Source of the DNA: Raillietiella orientalis
Taxonomy: Eukaryota
Assembly (NCBI GenBank): GCA_036172245.1
Contig: JAYWIR010000032.1
Location: 124,001-188,000, forward strand
Length of the DNA stretch: 64,000 nucleotides
Direction of reading: 5' to 3'
Shown here: positions 27,501 through 39,952 of the stretch, piece after piece
Numbering within the stretch: the stretch's first letter is position 1
Layout: each line of letters starts with the position of its first letter
Notes under the pieces: model-generated
Seen by the model: the letters and a program-made list of their open reading frames with translations, nothing else
Told to the model about the DNA's origin: nothing
Databases searched by the model: none
Program-made: the position numbers and the translations under genes

Positions 27501-30293
27501 GACCAATTCCGGGAATGCACGGCTTCTGCCAAAGTATGGCAAACACTGAAGGTTCATTGCTCCTTGCTCTACGCCAGATCCCCGACAGAGCGAATCCTCT
27601 CGGAACTCCTTCTGCCGTGGGTTGCACACGGCATCGGCGAGGAGAAACGCGCCCGTCTCGACGAGCTTTTCACGTTGGAGGTAGTTTCTTCCGCCATCGC
27701 AGGACTCAAGAGACGGAAGACGCCAGGTAAGGACGGACTGCCCGCAGAGTTCTACCAGAGCTTCGCGGCGGAACTCGCCAAACTGGTGCTCAGACTCTCG
27801 ACGCCAATGAGGGTGACTGGCGATGTCCCTTCTTCGTTCCGCTCAGCGAGGGTGCGTCTCCTTCCGAAAGGAGGAGATCTGCGCCATCTCAACAACTGGC
27901 GTGCAATCACATTAGTAAATACGAACGTCAACTTGTTTTCGAAGCTGTGAGTCACGCGCCTAGGGAAGGTCGTGAGCTCCGTGGTAAGCCCGGAGCAGTC
28001 TTACGCTGTACCGGGTTTATCCATGGATGCGAACATTCTTTTATCGCGCATTTGGTGGCAGCTGCAAGAGCGCTTTGCGGCGGACAGCCGAACAGCGGCT
28101 TGACCTTCTGCTGAGTGCGAGCGTCAGTGCGGACGGACGGGAGGAAGGCCGGGACCCTTGGCAGTAGCAGTAGATTTGCATAAAGCATTCGACTGCTTCA
28201 ACCAGGAACTCATCTTGGAGCTCCTAAAGCGTCGTGGGTTCCCGAACCAACTTCTCCTGTACTTGCTCTCCTGCTGGGGCCACGCGCTTATCAAACTGCA
28301 TTACAGTGAATCCCGCGTGTACGGCGAGGCCGTGCGCAGAGGCATAAAGCAGGGCGACAGCTTCAGCCCGTTGCTCTTCAGCATCTACTATGAGTTGGTG
28401 CTGAAAGCATACAGGCTGACGCTGCCCGTCCTGCCCAGCGCCATTCCGTGCACTTCGTTCGTGGCAGCATGCGTTGACGACCTTCTTCTTCTGTGGCCCA
28501 TGTCCACTCCGCCGGACGAAGTCGAAGACTTATTGGAGCTGTTCCGTCGTGGAGCGGGCATGAGCGTTAACAAGGCAAAGTGCTCCGTCGTGACGCTGGG
28601 TGCGTCGTAGGAGGGGCAGGTCGACTGGATCCGCCTGGGGATCCCTACGGTCAGGTACTTTAAGTACCTTGGTGCTCCGTTGGGCGACTTCTGCTCCTCT
28701 CAATCGTGGTCCGCCTATCTTTAGAAGGCAGAGATGGCTCTAGGCTCGTTCCTGGAAGGCAACTTCGTCTTCCCGGAAAGGGCGTGCATATAGAACGTTT
28801 TTCTTGCCTACCTCCTCCGCCCCTTATTTATTGTTTGTCCGCCTCCCTATGTGCTTAAACTCCGGGTGCAGCGTCTCCTACGTAAGGTCTTGTGGGGCGC
28901 TGCGCGATCCAGGGTTCGCATCAAAGATTTGGTGGCGCCATGCCAGGACACAGGCTTGGGCATTCTGACCATCGAGAAGATTGGACTGCAAGTGCAGCTC
29001 CGGCTTCTATCCCTATGTGGGAAATTGTGGTCTAGTCACTGGTGAGCTCCGGCTCGCCATATTCTCCAGCGATGTGCCGGCTGTGCAGGATTGCTTTCGT
29101 TTCTGCCGCGCAACCTTCGCCGGAGAACTGGATTTGGCTACCCACTGAGGCATTTGTCCTCGTTGCTGTTAGCCCGTTCCTGGATTTCCTGCAGCCCCTC
29201 CAATTGGAATGCTCGGCAGCAGGAAGCTCTGGAGCACTGGACGTCCACTTTGGATGTGCAACCAGAGCAACTGCGACCCTTACAGGGCCTCTTACGCAAA
29301 CCGCTAGGAGTGATCCTACAGGAGTGGTCGCTTTGGTCCCGGATAGTCGTCTCACCCATCTCCGCAGCGCTGTCTGCTTTCAGAGCAAACAACGACAGTA
29401 GCCAGCCGGCAAGGTGGGAGTTCTCCTGCAGCATTGCAGGAGTGGTAAGACTGCTGAGCGGCTGTAGAACGAGCGTGTTGGTAGACGCTACCACTTCTCG
29501 TTACCTGGCAAAGGGACTTCTTCGTTGGAGTGAGGTTCTTGGATTACTCCCCGAAGATCTCGTGGTCCCTTCCTTGTGTGTGGACACCTCCGTTTTCCCG
29601 CTTCGATGGGAACAGAATGTTCTGCTTTTGCTGCACTGAGGATTTCAGTGAAATAAGCGCAGGTACTTGTTATCCTGGGAAGTCGCCTCCCCGAACTGCC
29701 TCAGGTGCGGGGCGATAGAATCGCTTACGCACTTGCTCCTTAAGTGCAGTGACTTGCGGAAGTTGTTGCGGAGACTTGCATTGGCACTTCGTCGTCACCA
29801 GTACATTGTCATCGACCTGCTGCGACGCTTCTTCAGCGAAGACTGACTGGATAAAGACGCTGTGATCGCAACAATCTGTTGCATCCACGCCATCGTAGCG
29901 GCCCTCCGTAAGCTACAAGTAAGCTCTCAGCGAATATACGCCGCCAGGATAGCCGAAAACCTTATGAAGGTAGTTGTCAGGTGGCCTCATCTGCCAAGAA
30001 AAGTCTCCACGGAAGTCGCCATCGTCAGACAGCTCTTCTAGGAAGATGAGGAACGTTTAATACCAATGATCCCTGACCCCATTCTATACTGTTTTTTTGT
30101 TTGTTCTCTTATGTTTTGTTTATTTTGTACCTCTCTCCCTCCGTTCCTTTCTTTTAGAAGGCGACCTGTGTGCCTGTGATCCTTCCGGGCTGAACTTTCT
30201 GTATGGGCCTTTCCTGTGTCTCGGAAGGATGAATCTCCCTTCAAGATTGTCATTTGTTTTTACAAATAAACGTCCCGGGGCAACCGGCTTCAA
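24508..30293 (+). mobile_element. Near-full-length, uninterrupted but pseudogenised LINE (ORF1 ~24543-26478, ORF2 ~26478-30040, 3'UTR)
   Basis: Domains in order: ORF1 knuckles; TAATG at 26476; EN (CWNVNG, NVWAP, ADFN, DH); RT (KTPGKDG, DLHKAFD, GIKQGD, CVDD, KYLG); Cys/His domain; 3' AATAAACGTCCCGGGGCAACCGG. Many stops and frameshifts; no 5' motif. Confidence 0.93.
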
Positions 30294-30299
30294 TCCGCA

Positions 30300-31413
30300 T
30301 TAGCGTTGTTCGCGTACAAACCTGCTTTTGCGTAGCTCCGTGTTAGGCTGACTCTTGTGTGTTTTGGTTCTCCTGTGCTTTTGTGCTGCAATGGGAGCAA
30401 AGAAGAACATCAGCTGCAGAAAGGGAACCGTACCTCCTCCTAAGATGGGGGTTTCGGCTGCTAGCTAGGAGCCACTGTCCTCGTCAAGGGCGAGAACGTT
30501 CGCTTAGGTCGTTGCCTTTGCGGCTACAATGGTACCTTCGCCCGACAGCCCTGAGCTGCAGGCGTATGTAGCAAATGGCTACACGCCTGAACTCAGGAAT
30601 AAGTTAAGTGTCCTTATGTCGGAGCGGGTTTGGCGCGAGTTTGGCCAGGAACTCCAACGGATTGGAGTTCAGAGAGGCCAGCTGGACTCCACCATGCCCA
30701 TGAGTGGGTGCGGCTACTGGGAAATGTCCAGTAAGGACTCTCTTCTTACGCAGCGTTTCCTGCACACGCCGCTTCTCATTCGTAGGCAGGACATACTCCC
30801 CACCACAGCGGACCAGTCGTTCGTTGGCCGGCTGATTGGAGTGAGCATGAAACTTTCGGACCGCCAGGTCTTGGAGGCCCTTGAAAAACTCGCCACCGTT
30901 CACGCGCTTTTGAGGTTGCCAAACCCTGCTAAGGGTTCCGAAGACCATCACAGCGGGCTCGCGCAGGTGCGGTTGACGATGGCGGATCGGTGGTCAATGC
31001 TCACGCGACTACAGGTGCATGGAATGACCGTCCGCCTTTAGTTTGGGGGGCAAACGCTTGTGTGCGTGGAATACGGGCAGGAGGTTCACCGCCTCACGAA
31101 GTGTCCCTCGGCGCTTGCCGTCACCGCCACGAGTCCGGTCACACAAAGGAAGCGTGCCCGGATCTCCTTTTAAAAAAAGAAAAGCGCAAGGAAGAAGCGC
31201 GTATCGCATCGCGAAATAAACGCCGCGAATCGAGAGAAAAAAACCTCAAAACTTAGGAGAGCGTTGCAAAAACCGCAAGCGCGCATCCGCAGAAAACTGT
31301 CACTCTTTTCCACAAAAAAAAAGGGAGAAAACATAAGAAAACGCTTCGCGGCGAAGCCTCAGGCTACCGAGGCGACGGAAGCTGGCGAAGAATGCGAACT
31401 TTCACCGACACCT
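30300..31413 (+). mobile_element. LINE 5' part and ORF1 (same type as 24543), cut by the insertion at ~31419
   Basis: MVPSPDSPELQAYVANGYTPELRNKLSV...; colinear with 24543-25410. Confidence 0.85.
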
Positions 31414-31418
31414 TGGTT

Positions 31419-34400
31419 AAGACGGACATGTTTTTCCTTGACTACCGAGTGATTTGAAAGGAAGACGCTTTTTCAGTGGTTTATTAGTGTGGAACATCGT
31501 TGACATGCGATGGCAACCTTGCCTGAGTTCACAACGATAGAGGTAGGTGTAGGAGAGACTTGCCCACCACCACAGCCTACAGAATCAGGGGCGTCCGCCC
31601 GGAAATCGCCCTCAATACCCGAGTCGTGGAGCTGGAGCCCCATAATGGCCGCGCCTAGAGCGAAAACCATGGCCGAACAAATGGCCTACCGGGCAGCTGG
31701 TTACAAGTCCAGCTTAGTGTACCAGGTAGGAAACCTATTTGATGGGCGAACTACACCCCACTTCACAAAGGCGCTGCAGGACTCCAATGTTTCCGAGAAG
31801 CTTCTCGACGGCCTCTCCGTTCTCAGCGGGGGTCAGCGCGTGGAGGTGATGTGTAAGGACAACACCTTGGCACAGCGCATGATCACAACGTCCCGGAACG
31901 TTGCAGGCTGCAAGATCTAGCAAGTCACAATGGACCGCTCCATAGTGGTCCATCTGACTGGTATCACTAGCCGCATGACTCGCTCTCCGGTTAGTGAAGA
32001 ACTAAAGAAGCACGGAGAAGTGCACGCGCTGTGGCCTAAACCGACGATATTCAATGGCTATGACAGCATATTCAAGAGCCAGGCCGCAGCGCGTATTATG
32101 GTAAACGAGAGTGGTGCGCTGCTTCCACAGACTGGAAGTATGCCAAGAACCGGGAGACCTCTGGTGAGTGGGAGAACCCCGCTTTTGTTGAGACTGCAAT
32201 ACAGTAAGGCACCTTCAAAAGAGGGGCCCAAATATTGTGTGTCACCTATGCGATGGAAAGGGCCACTTGCGACGAGTAGGCCTAATGCGCCTCACCCCGG
32301 TGCCACCTGCTGCCAAAAAAGCGCAGGTGAAAAGAAGAAAGAAGGTCGCAAGACCGAAAGTTGAAAGTGTCCAGCGGAAGCCGCCAGCACCTCAACCTCC
32401 GGAGAAAAAGTCGGAGGAACAACACTTCAAAGTAGTCGAGGGGGAGGAGGGCTGGCAGCTTGCAAAGGCCCGCAAAGAGCGGAAGGTTCCTAATGAAGTA
32501 CCAGAGAAAGCCGAGAAAAAAAGAAATGCGAAGTCGGAAAATTCGGACCGCGATCGAAAACTCTCCGCGAGTGCACGGTGACACTGGAATGCATCGACGT
32601 TCCCGAGGCTGCCACCCGAGGCGACGAGCCTCCCCTCGCCGTTTCCGCCGCGCCCGAGGCTCACGACTGCTAACCCTGTGTTTGCACAGAGAGTGAGCCG
32701 AGGGACGCGCGAGCCGAAAGCGAGGGCGCCGTATTCAAGCAGGCGGCGGAGACCGCGATCACGCTGACTGAACCTGAGAACCCCTCGCGAAATGCCGTAC
32801 GAAAGCCGGCTCCAGCAAAGAAAGCCTCCACAGGTGAGTTAGACCTGAAGGCCGGAAGTACATCCTCCTCCATGGAGGCACCCCCAAGGAAGTCGGGACG
32901 CAAGTCCCAGAAGCCCAGGAGGCGCCTCCCCTCCACCAGCGAGAAGGAGAAGACGAAGCCGTCGCCAGCGTGGGAAACCCAGAGGAGGAATTCCCAAGCT
33001 TAGAAGCCGTCGAGCAGGCTACCTCCATGGACGATAGTGAACAGGGGGGCGAAGTCCTCCCTGTAGTCGCCTAATCTGGAATGCCCGCCCCCATGGAGGA
33101 GGGCCAACAGTAGGCGCGTCCCCACCTGCAGGTGACCCGCAAGACGCGACGTTATCCATAAAGGAGGGGGACCAGGTGACTTCAGCACCTGACCCTCCTC
33201 CTCCACCAAGCGTCCCGCCCCAGCAAGTGGAGGACGCCACACTGCCACTTTCCCAGGAATAGCACCTGGGCTCGCCAATCTCCGTCGCATTCGCAGGAGA
33301 AAAACGATCAACGAGCTGTGTCCAGCAATGCATGCGTGCAACTTGTTCGCGGTTGAGAGCGGAACTGTCCGCAGCATCGACCAGGTCTTCCTCGACGCTG
33401 ACCTGTGTTCACGGGTCGGCAAACGGGTAAAGATTGCCTCCACGCAGTCGGACCATTCCCGGCTAATTTTCGAGAAGCGGTCTCGCGACAAGGGACCGCC
33501 ATCCAAGCAGTGGCGTCTGCAGGGGGACTGGACGCGACTCTCAGGTGCGAAGGAACACCTTCGCGAATTCCTGAAAGGCGTCACGCTCCAGAGCTTAAAG
33601 GACTGGGAGCTATTTAAGGACTCGGTCCGGGAGTTTTGCAAGCGGTTCCCCCTGGACCGCCTGACCCCGGATTTGGCGAGGGTCCTCGCTACCTTCGGCC
33701 CAATTTACGGGCCCGTCGGTATGAGAGATCCCCTAATGTCCGTCGCCTGGCTAAGTACCGTGCTGGGATCGAAAGCCAAGCCAGGCAATCCGGGCTGGCC
33801 AGACTGCTGGACGCCCAGGGCATGGAATGATTGTCCCCGGCGTCGGTAGAGCATCTCATGAGGAGTTATTATTCCTCCGTTTACGCTAGAACGCCCCCGG
33901 ACCAAGATGCCTCTCGGCGCTTGCTACCATATAGCGACCCGGTAATAGGGGAGGAGGAGTCGTTCAGCCTTGACGAGCCTTTAATTACCGCCGAAATTCT
34001 CGCCGATATCAAAAGGCTCAAGAGGTTTAAGGCGCCAGGGGAGGACGGCTTGCCCGCAATGTTCTTTCAGTGCATCGCGGAAGAGCTGGCACCCCTGGTG
34101 CTCGTGTTGACAGGGCTGATCCGAGACGAAGGCGATGTTCCCGCCTCGTTTCGGTCAGCCAGAGTGAGGCTCCTTCCGAAAGAAGAAGACCTTAGAAATT
34201 TGAACAACTGGCCACCGATCACGATTGTGAATACGGACGCCAAGTGACTTGCCGGGCAATGTGCTTCGCGTCTGGGAAAGGTGGCAGAATCCAAAATTAA
34301 GCCGAAGCAGATATCTGCTCTCGCAGGACGAAGTATGGAAGCCAACCTCTTCTACGCGAGAACATGGATGCACGCGCAGAGGTATCAGAAGGAAGGGAAA

Positions 34401-34507
34401 AGAAAAATCGGCAACCTAACTTTGGAACCGACAGCAGGGCAGGTAAGGAACTCCCGGGCAAGGAAGGTAGCCGTAGCGCTTGCAGTCGATCTCCATAAGG
34501 CGTTCGA
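31419..34507 (+). mobile_element. LINE subfamily 'Y': 5' end, ORF1, EN (deleted at ~33295) and RT up to DLHKAF
   Basis: 5' motif agacggacatgtttttcc; AAGYKSSLVYQVGNLFDG; SDH; KAPGEDG; stops at VDLHKAFD. Confidence 0.9.
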
Positions 34508-36164
34508 TATTCATGCGGATTTCGCAGGGGCGTTTCCTATGAAGTAAACATTTACAAAGACGTGAAGTGGCTGGACCATTGCTCCAGCCACGAACGAAGA
34601 AACACAGAGCCTGCCGCGTCACCGGTTCACAGACCGGGACGGTCCGAAAGCAGCGGGAAGGGGGAGAAGCAAAAAACAAAACAAAAAAGAAACGAAAAGT
34701 TGAGAGGGGACGAGAAGGGATCACTGTAGCTGGTGGGGCCGTTGCATCCTTTGCAGGATGCCGGCAGGCTACTTCTGTATTCCTGGATCCAGGTGGGGCC
34801 ATCTGGACGCAATCCTCAGGAACTGGGAGGCTAGCTCAATGGCAACCTGGTCGTGTGGTTCTCCCGTAGCCTTGCTTTAGGCGGCGACGATCCCGCGAAG
34901 GCAGCATAGGGCTGCTACCGGGGCCGCTAACCGAAGAGCGTCGGCAAAAAAGAAGGATTTAAGAACGTCCCTCGGGTTGTCACAGGGGATTCCGATGGCC
35001 GCAGCGAAGCGAAACCCAAGGGGCCAAAGAGCAACACAATCTAGTAGAAGGTGGGAGAGGGAATCCCGTTCCTTTCACCTGACGCAATTGGGGTCCATTG
35101 CTCCTCAGGTCCAGTGGTGTCGGTGGGCGTTGCAGGGGAGTCCCCAGTGCAGCAACAGAAATGCCGACTCCTGCCATTTTAAGGGGAGGGTGAAGGTGTT
35201 CATTAGTACCGAAGGCCACTTCAAACTTTCAATGGGAACATGGAGCAGCGCGCCCCAGCGTAGAAGTCCAAGGAGAGGCGTACTCGGGGACGCAGCGTCT
35301 GTTAACTGGCCCGTCTTTCACTCTCCTATCTTATTCTCCTTCCCGGAGATTGTAACTGTAACCTCCAACATCGCCGCAACATCTCCGTCCAGATCTTCCA
35401 TCAGAAAAAACAGAGCAGCAGCGTAAGGAGTTATTCCTGCCCACGCCCTCTTCTTTGGATCCTCCAGGATGTTGCAGAGCGGCAAACTTCTGAAAAACCC
35501 AAACAGGAACCCTTGTTCCTGCTGGGAGCGTTGCATGCCGAACTGTCCTCACGTGCGAACGGTTTCCTGCAACCAGGCACTACCGTTCGCGAAGAGACAG
35601 GTGATCCATCCTTGATTTTTCCTTGTCAGCGCAGCCACCCCCGTAGCTCGAGTCGGCATCGGTTGACGCGGCGACGGAGGACAAGAAACGACGTCAGTAT
35701 CGTCTTGCCGGTGGCTTGCTGGAGAAGACGTGCAGAAACGCACCAACAGTTGCAGCACAACTCTGGAACAAGTGCCGACATTCGGAATTGGAGCTAAAGC
35801 ATTAGCCGCTGCAGCGACAGGAGGCCCAGACCACCGTCCCGACGATGAGCTCGCAAGTTCTTTAAGCGGACTCGGGCCCTCCCGTTGCCCCGAAGGGCGA
35901 TACGGAGGAGGTCCTTCGTCCGCTTTTTAATCCTCTCTGTGGGGGGCAAACTCTAAGCAAAAAGCGGAGCAGAGGAGCCGCGAACATGTTCCAAACCCCT
36001 GCCCGTTCAGGCGAGAAAAACCTGCCGCCTCGGAACGGGCGGATCGCCGTCTCTCCTTTTTAGAAGAACGCTTCCGCAGGGGAGTAGTCCCCCAACGGCA
36101 CATCACAATTCTTGAAGTACCTCACCCTGAGGATCCCCAAACGGACCCAGCCCTGCTGCCCTGC

Positions 36165-37274
36165 CTACGACGCACCAACTGGCCTCACGGACGACTTCGC
36201 CCTGTGCACCGTAATTCCGATTTTCCGATGCAGCAGGTCGAAGAACTCCTGGAGCGCTGCAGCCGCGGTGGATATAGGGAGCAGCAGCAGAAGGTCGTCC
36301 GCGTGCGCTGAAACGACAGGCGTTCCGGAGCCTCCGTGCGGCAGGTGCGCCACAGTTTCCCTGCACGCTCCTAGTACGATCTCAAAAAAGGCACTAAAGA
36401 GCAAGGGGCGCAGGCTGTCTCCGTGCCGGATCCCACGTCGCACCCGCACGCCGTGAACAGTATGCCCGCTGAAAGTAACATTGATTAGCGCATCGCGCCA
36501 GCTAGAGCGCAGATAGGCCAATAATGAGGCCGGGAAGCGCAAGCGTTCCAAAAGCTCCAGCAGGAGATTCTGGTCGACGCTGTCGAATGCTTTACGCAAG
36601 TCGACAGCGACCGCAAGTGCTCCCTCCCCCATCCGACCATCCGTCGCATGACTGACGGACTCACCGGAATTCCCGGTGCGCATCAAGCCCCTTTCGTGTT
36701 GGAGCTCTAGCCAGGTGGAAGCGTGGAACATGTTCGCCTCCATGCTTCGCCCCGGAACAGCATACGTCTGTTCCGGGCTGATGAAGGCGTTTGCAACCCG
36801 TCCCAAACGCTCAACCCAAACCTTAGCTATCAACATGACATCCGCATTCACTATTGTGATGGGACGCCAGTTGTTCATGCTCCTCAGATCTCCTCCCTTA
36901 GGGAGAAGCCGCACCTTTGCCGAACGAAACGAGGCGGAAACATCACCTGTCTCGCGTATCAGCAAGGTGAGTTGATGTACCAGGGGGGATAGCTCAGCCG
37001 CGAAAGTTTGATAAAACTCCGCGGACAGGCCGTCCTCCCCTGGAGCCTTTCGCCTCTTGAGCTTTCCGATGGCCGAGATGATCTCGCCCATCGTGAAACA
37101 CTCGTCGAGGGACTTTTTCTCCTGTTCCCTCATCGCAGGAGCGCCCACCGGAAGCAGGATTCGTGAGAAATCCCGCTCGGGAGGCGTTCTTGCGTACAGG
37201 GAGGAGTAACAACGCCGCAGCAGACCGCGGATCTGAGCGGGTGCCGAATGCTCCTGGCCCTGATCGTCCAGCAA
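36165..37274 (-). pseudogene. ORF2 reverse transcriptase domain
   Basis: KAPGEDG, LLPKGGD...NWRPITIVNAD, DLRKAFDSV, GIRHGDSL and HADD. Confidence 0.93.
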
Positions 37275-37355
37275 GCTGGCCGATCCTGACTGCCAGGCTT
37301 GCTTCTCGGCTCCCGCTTTGTATTCCGCCAGCCTGCGGATGTCGGGGGTCCTGGG

Positions 37356-38288
37356 TTAACGGCGAGCCTGCAGATAGGCTCGTTCGTTACGTACCCCGTC
37401 CCCAAATCCCGCAGGTAGGCGGTGCAGAGGGAACTGGTCGCAGAACTCATGGACCGACCGTTTAAAGCGGTCCCAATCCTGAAGTGTCTGCATCCTAAAG
37501 CTCCGTATAAACGTGCGGAGATGTTCCGTCGCGTCCGGGAGCTTCAGCCAGTCCCCTGGCAAACGCCACGCTGACGAGGGGGGGCCCCTGTCGCGCAGAT
37601 GGATTTCAATCACGATTGGTCGATGGTCCGACAACTTGCACGGCATCTTGCATCGCCTGCCCACACGAGTGCACAGGTGCTCGTCAAGGAACACGTGATC
37701 GATGTTGTCCTCCATCCCTGGTACACTGGCCAACAAATTACAAGTGTGCACCGCCGCGCACACCTCGTTGACCAGGTCACGCTCGTGATTCGGCCCATCC
37801 GGATTCAGACGAATGTTAAAATCGCCTGCAACCAGATGGGCATTACGCACGCCTGCCTCGGTCAACCAGTCGCGATGGAGGGCAAGGAAAAATTCTTTCC
37901 AGGCCCTCCTGTTCGTCAGGTCCGCTCCGCTCGGGGCGTAAACGTTCGTAACGATCAGGTCGATCGAGTCGGACCAGCTGAGAGTCAGCTGGCCGACACC
38001 ACCGTGATCGTCGAACCGAACTCCACAGGCGGCGGCCTCGATGGCGGGCCGAAGCAGGTAGGCGACACCACAGCTTCTCGATGTTCCACCCCGATACCAC
38101 AGCCGCCCTCCGTAGATGCGTTCGATCTCCTGCGCTTGTTCTGCAGAGATCACATGGATCTCCTGCAGCAGCACAAGGTCGAACGATCCTAGAATGGCGG
38201 CCATGTCTCGTCTCCTGCCGGCGTCTGTCATGCCGTTCACGTTCCAAACGGCGATGCGCAGACGACGTCGGGAGGAGATTCCCGGCAT
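37356..38288 (-). pseudogene. ORF2 N-terminal AP-like endonuclease domain (open frame, stop after the linker)
   Basis: WNVNG, LLQEIH, GVAYLL, TNVYAP, AGDFN, IDHVF and SDH: the complete set of L1-type APE motifs. Confidence 0.93.
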
Positions 38289-38710
38289 TACTGCAGGAAA
38301 GATGACGGTGTGTGGGAACCGGCCTCTTCCGAGGCGGGTGAGATGACCATTAGGGTTTCAGCCTCCTCAGGCACCTTGGGTACCTTTCCGGCTTCAACCC
38401 CCTCCATCTCCTCCGTGTCTGTGCGTGGTGGTCTCTCGGGTGACGATTCCCGGGATTCTCCTACGCTCATGGCACCCTCGCAGTCGGAAGTGATCTCCAC
38501 GCCTTCGACCTGGAGAGGGGCTTTCCGTGGCTTGCTGGACTTCCTTCCAGCCTTCCGGCGGGGTGCCGCGGAGATGGAAACTTGGTTTCCGGCCTGCGCT
38601 TCAGGGTCGGAAGTTACCGACTCCTCGGTGGAGGCCGTACGGCTAACTGCCTTTTCGCCAGCCTTGTAGGGGTCTGGCTGCAACGTGGCAGCCAGCTCCT
38701 CCGCCGCACG

Positions 38711-39952
38711 GAGCCCCTGCAGCAAAGGATGGATCTGGAGGCTGCTACTGGCAATCTAGACTCTACTCCAGATGCCCGGTCTGCCTCTAATTCTTGTGTC
38801 TCGCCACCGGCGAGAAGCTTCGCCGCCGTCGTCAAGGCGGCGGCAGCCAACGGTGCATCGCCCGACGAAGCGGAGCTGCTTGCATATGCAGCCCATGGCT
38901 ACAAGCCTGCGCTCTGCTATCTGGTGAGTGCTGCTATCTCCGACGGGGTCGGAGAAAATCGTCAGAAGCATGGTTAGGCCGTCTTCAGAAAGTGGACTTG
39001 GCGATCCGTCCGTTCCTGGACGGCAAGTTCCACTTGCCGGAACGGGCCGCAGTATGGAACGCTTTTACGGCTTTCATCCTTAGCTCCCTACTTTTTGTTT
39101 GCCCCGTCCCCAAAGAAATACAATTGAGGACCAATGACCTCCTGCGCATCGCCGTTTAAGGCAAGGGAAGGCCCCGAGTCCCTTTGATGGACTTGTGCGC
39201 TCCGCGTCTTGATGGTGGTCTCGGCCTATTGACGCTGGAGCGCATGGAAATTCAACTGCGATGGCGAATCTTGGCCATCGCAGCTAAGCTGTGGAGCACC
39301 CCCTGGTGTGCTACCGCCCGCCTACTCGTCAGACGTGTATTCGAAAAGGGAGGACTGGCATCTTTTGTTCTATGTCGTGGAAGGAAGACAAGAATTTGCG
39401 GCCTTCTCCTCGAACGAGTAGCCACCCTGGCGAGGGAGAATGCTTGGATGATCTGGAGCTTCTTCAGCTCCAGCGCATGGCTGGCTGAAACAGTTGGCAC
39501 GTGGGCTGTAGTGAATAAGTGGAGCCACGTGACATGGATTAGCCTGCGACGCGGCCGATACTCCCGCTGCACTCTACGCGAGATCGTGGAGTGTCCAGCA
39601 AAAAGTACGTGGGCAGAGGCGACCTGCCTGGCGACGGTGCTACCTTTCCTACGTAGGGTAATCGTCAGCAGCGGGACGCCGAGGTGGCAAGTGTCTTGCC
39701 GTATCGCAGGCAGCCAAAAACTGTTGAGCGGTTGGACATTAGGACAGCTAGCTTACGCAACATTTCATAGCGTCCTTCCGAAAGGACAGAAAAAATGGAA
39801 CGAGCTCCTCGGCATCACGACTGATGACCTGAAGTGGCCCCCAGTAATAACTAAAAACAGGATCCTTCCCCTAAAATAGCAGGATTCGGCGCTGATGCTT
39901 TTGCACTAAGAACTGGCCTGGAATTGACGCCGTCATCACTGGACACGGGAAA
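38711..39952 (+). mobile_element. Strongly deleted LINE: ORF1 start fused at ~38970 to post-RT ORF2
   Basis: EAELLAYAAHGYKPAL is followed directly by AWLGRLQKVDLAIRPFLDGKF...RILPLK. Confidence 0.82.

Larger units (their letters stand above)
34508..38710 (-). mobile_element. LINE subfamily 'W', lacking its 5' end, inserted antisense at the host RT motif DLHKAF^D
   Basis: End of ORF1, TAATG (38290-38286), full EN, RT, C-terminus and 3' terminus tattcatgcggatttcgc abutting the host sequence cataaggcgttcga. Confidence 0.93.

Noticed and set aside
24508..30293. Active autonomous element
   Set aside because: Numerous stops and frameshifts, and YADD is altered to CVDD. No copy in the window has intact ORFs.
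36165..37274. Bacterial RT systems (group II intron, retron, DGR, CRISPR-RT)
   Set aside because: The RT is preceded by an APE endonuclease and a CCHC ORF1 and followed by AATAAA, which is eukaryotic non-LTR architecture. No CRISPR array, operons or intron domain V were seen.
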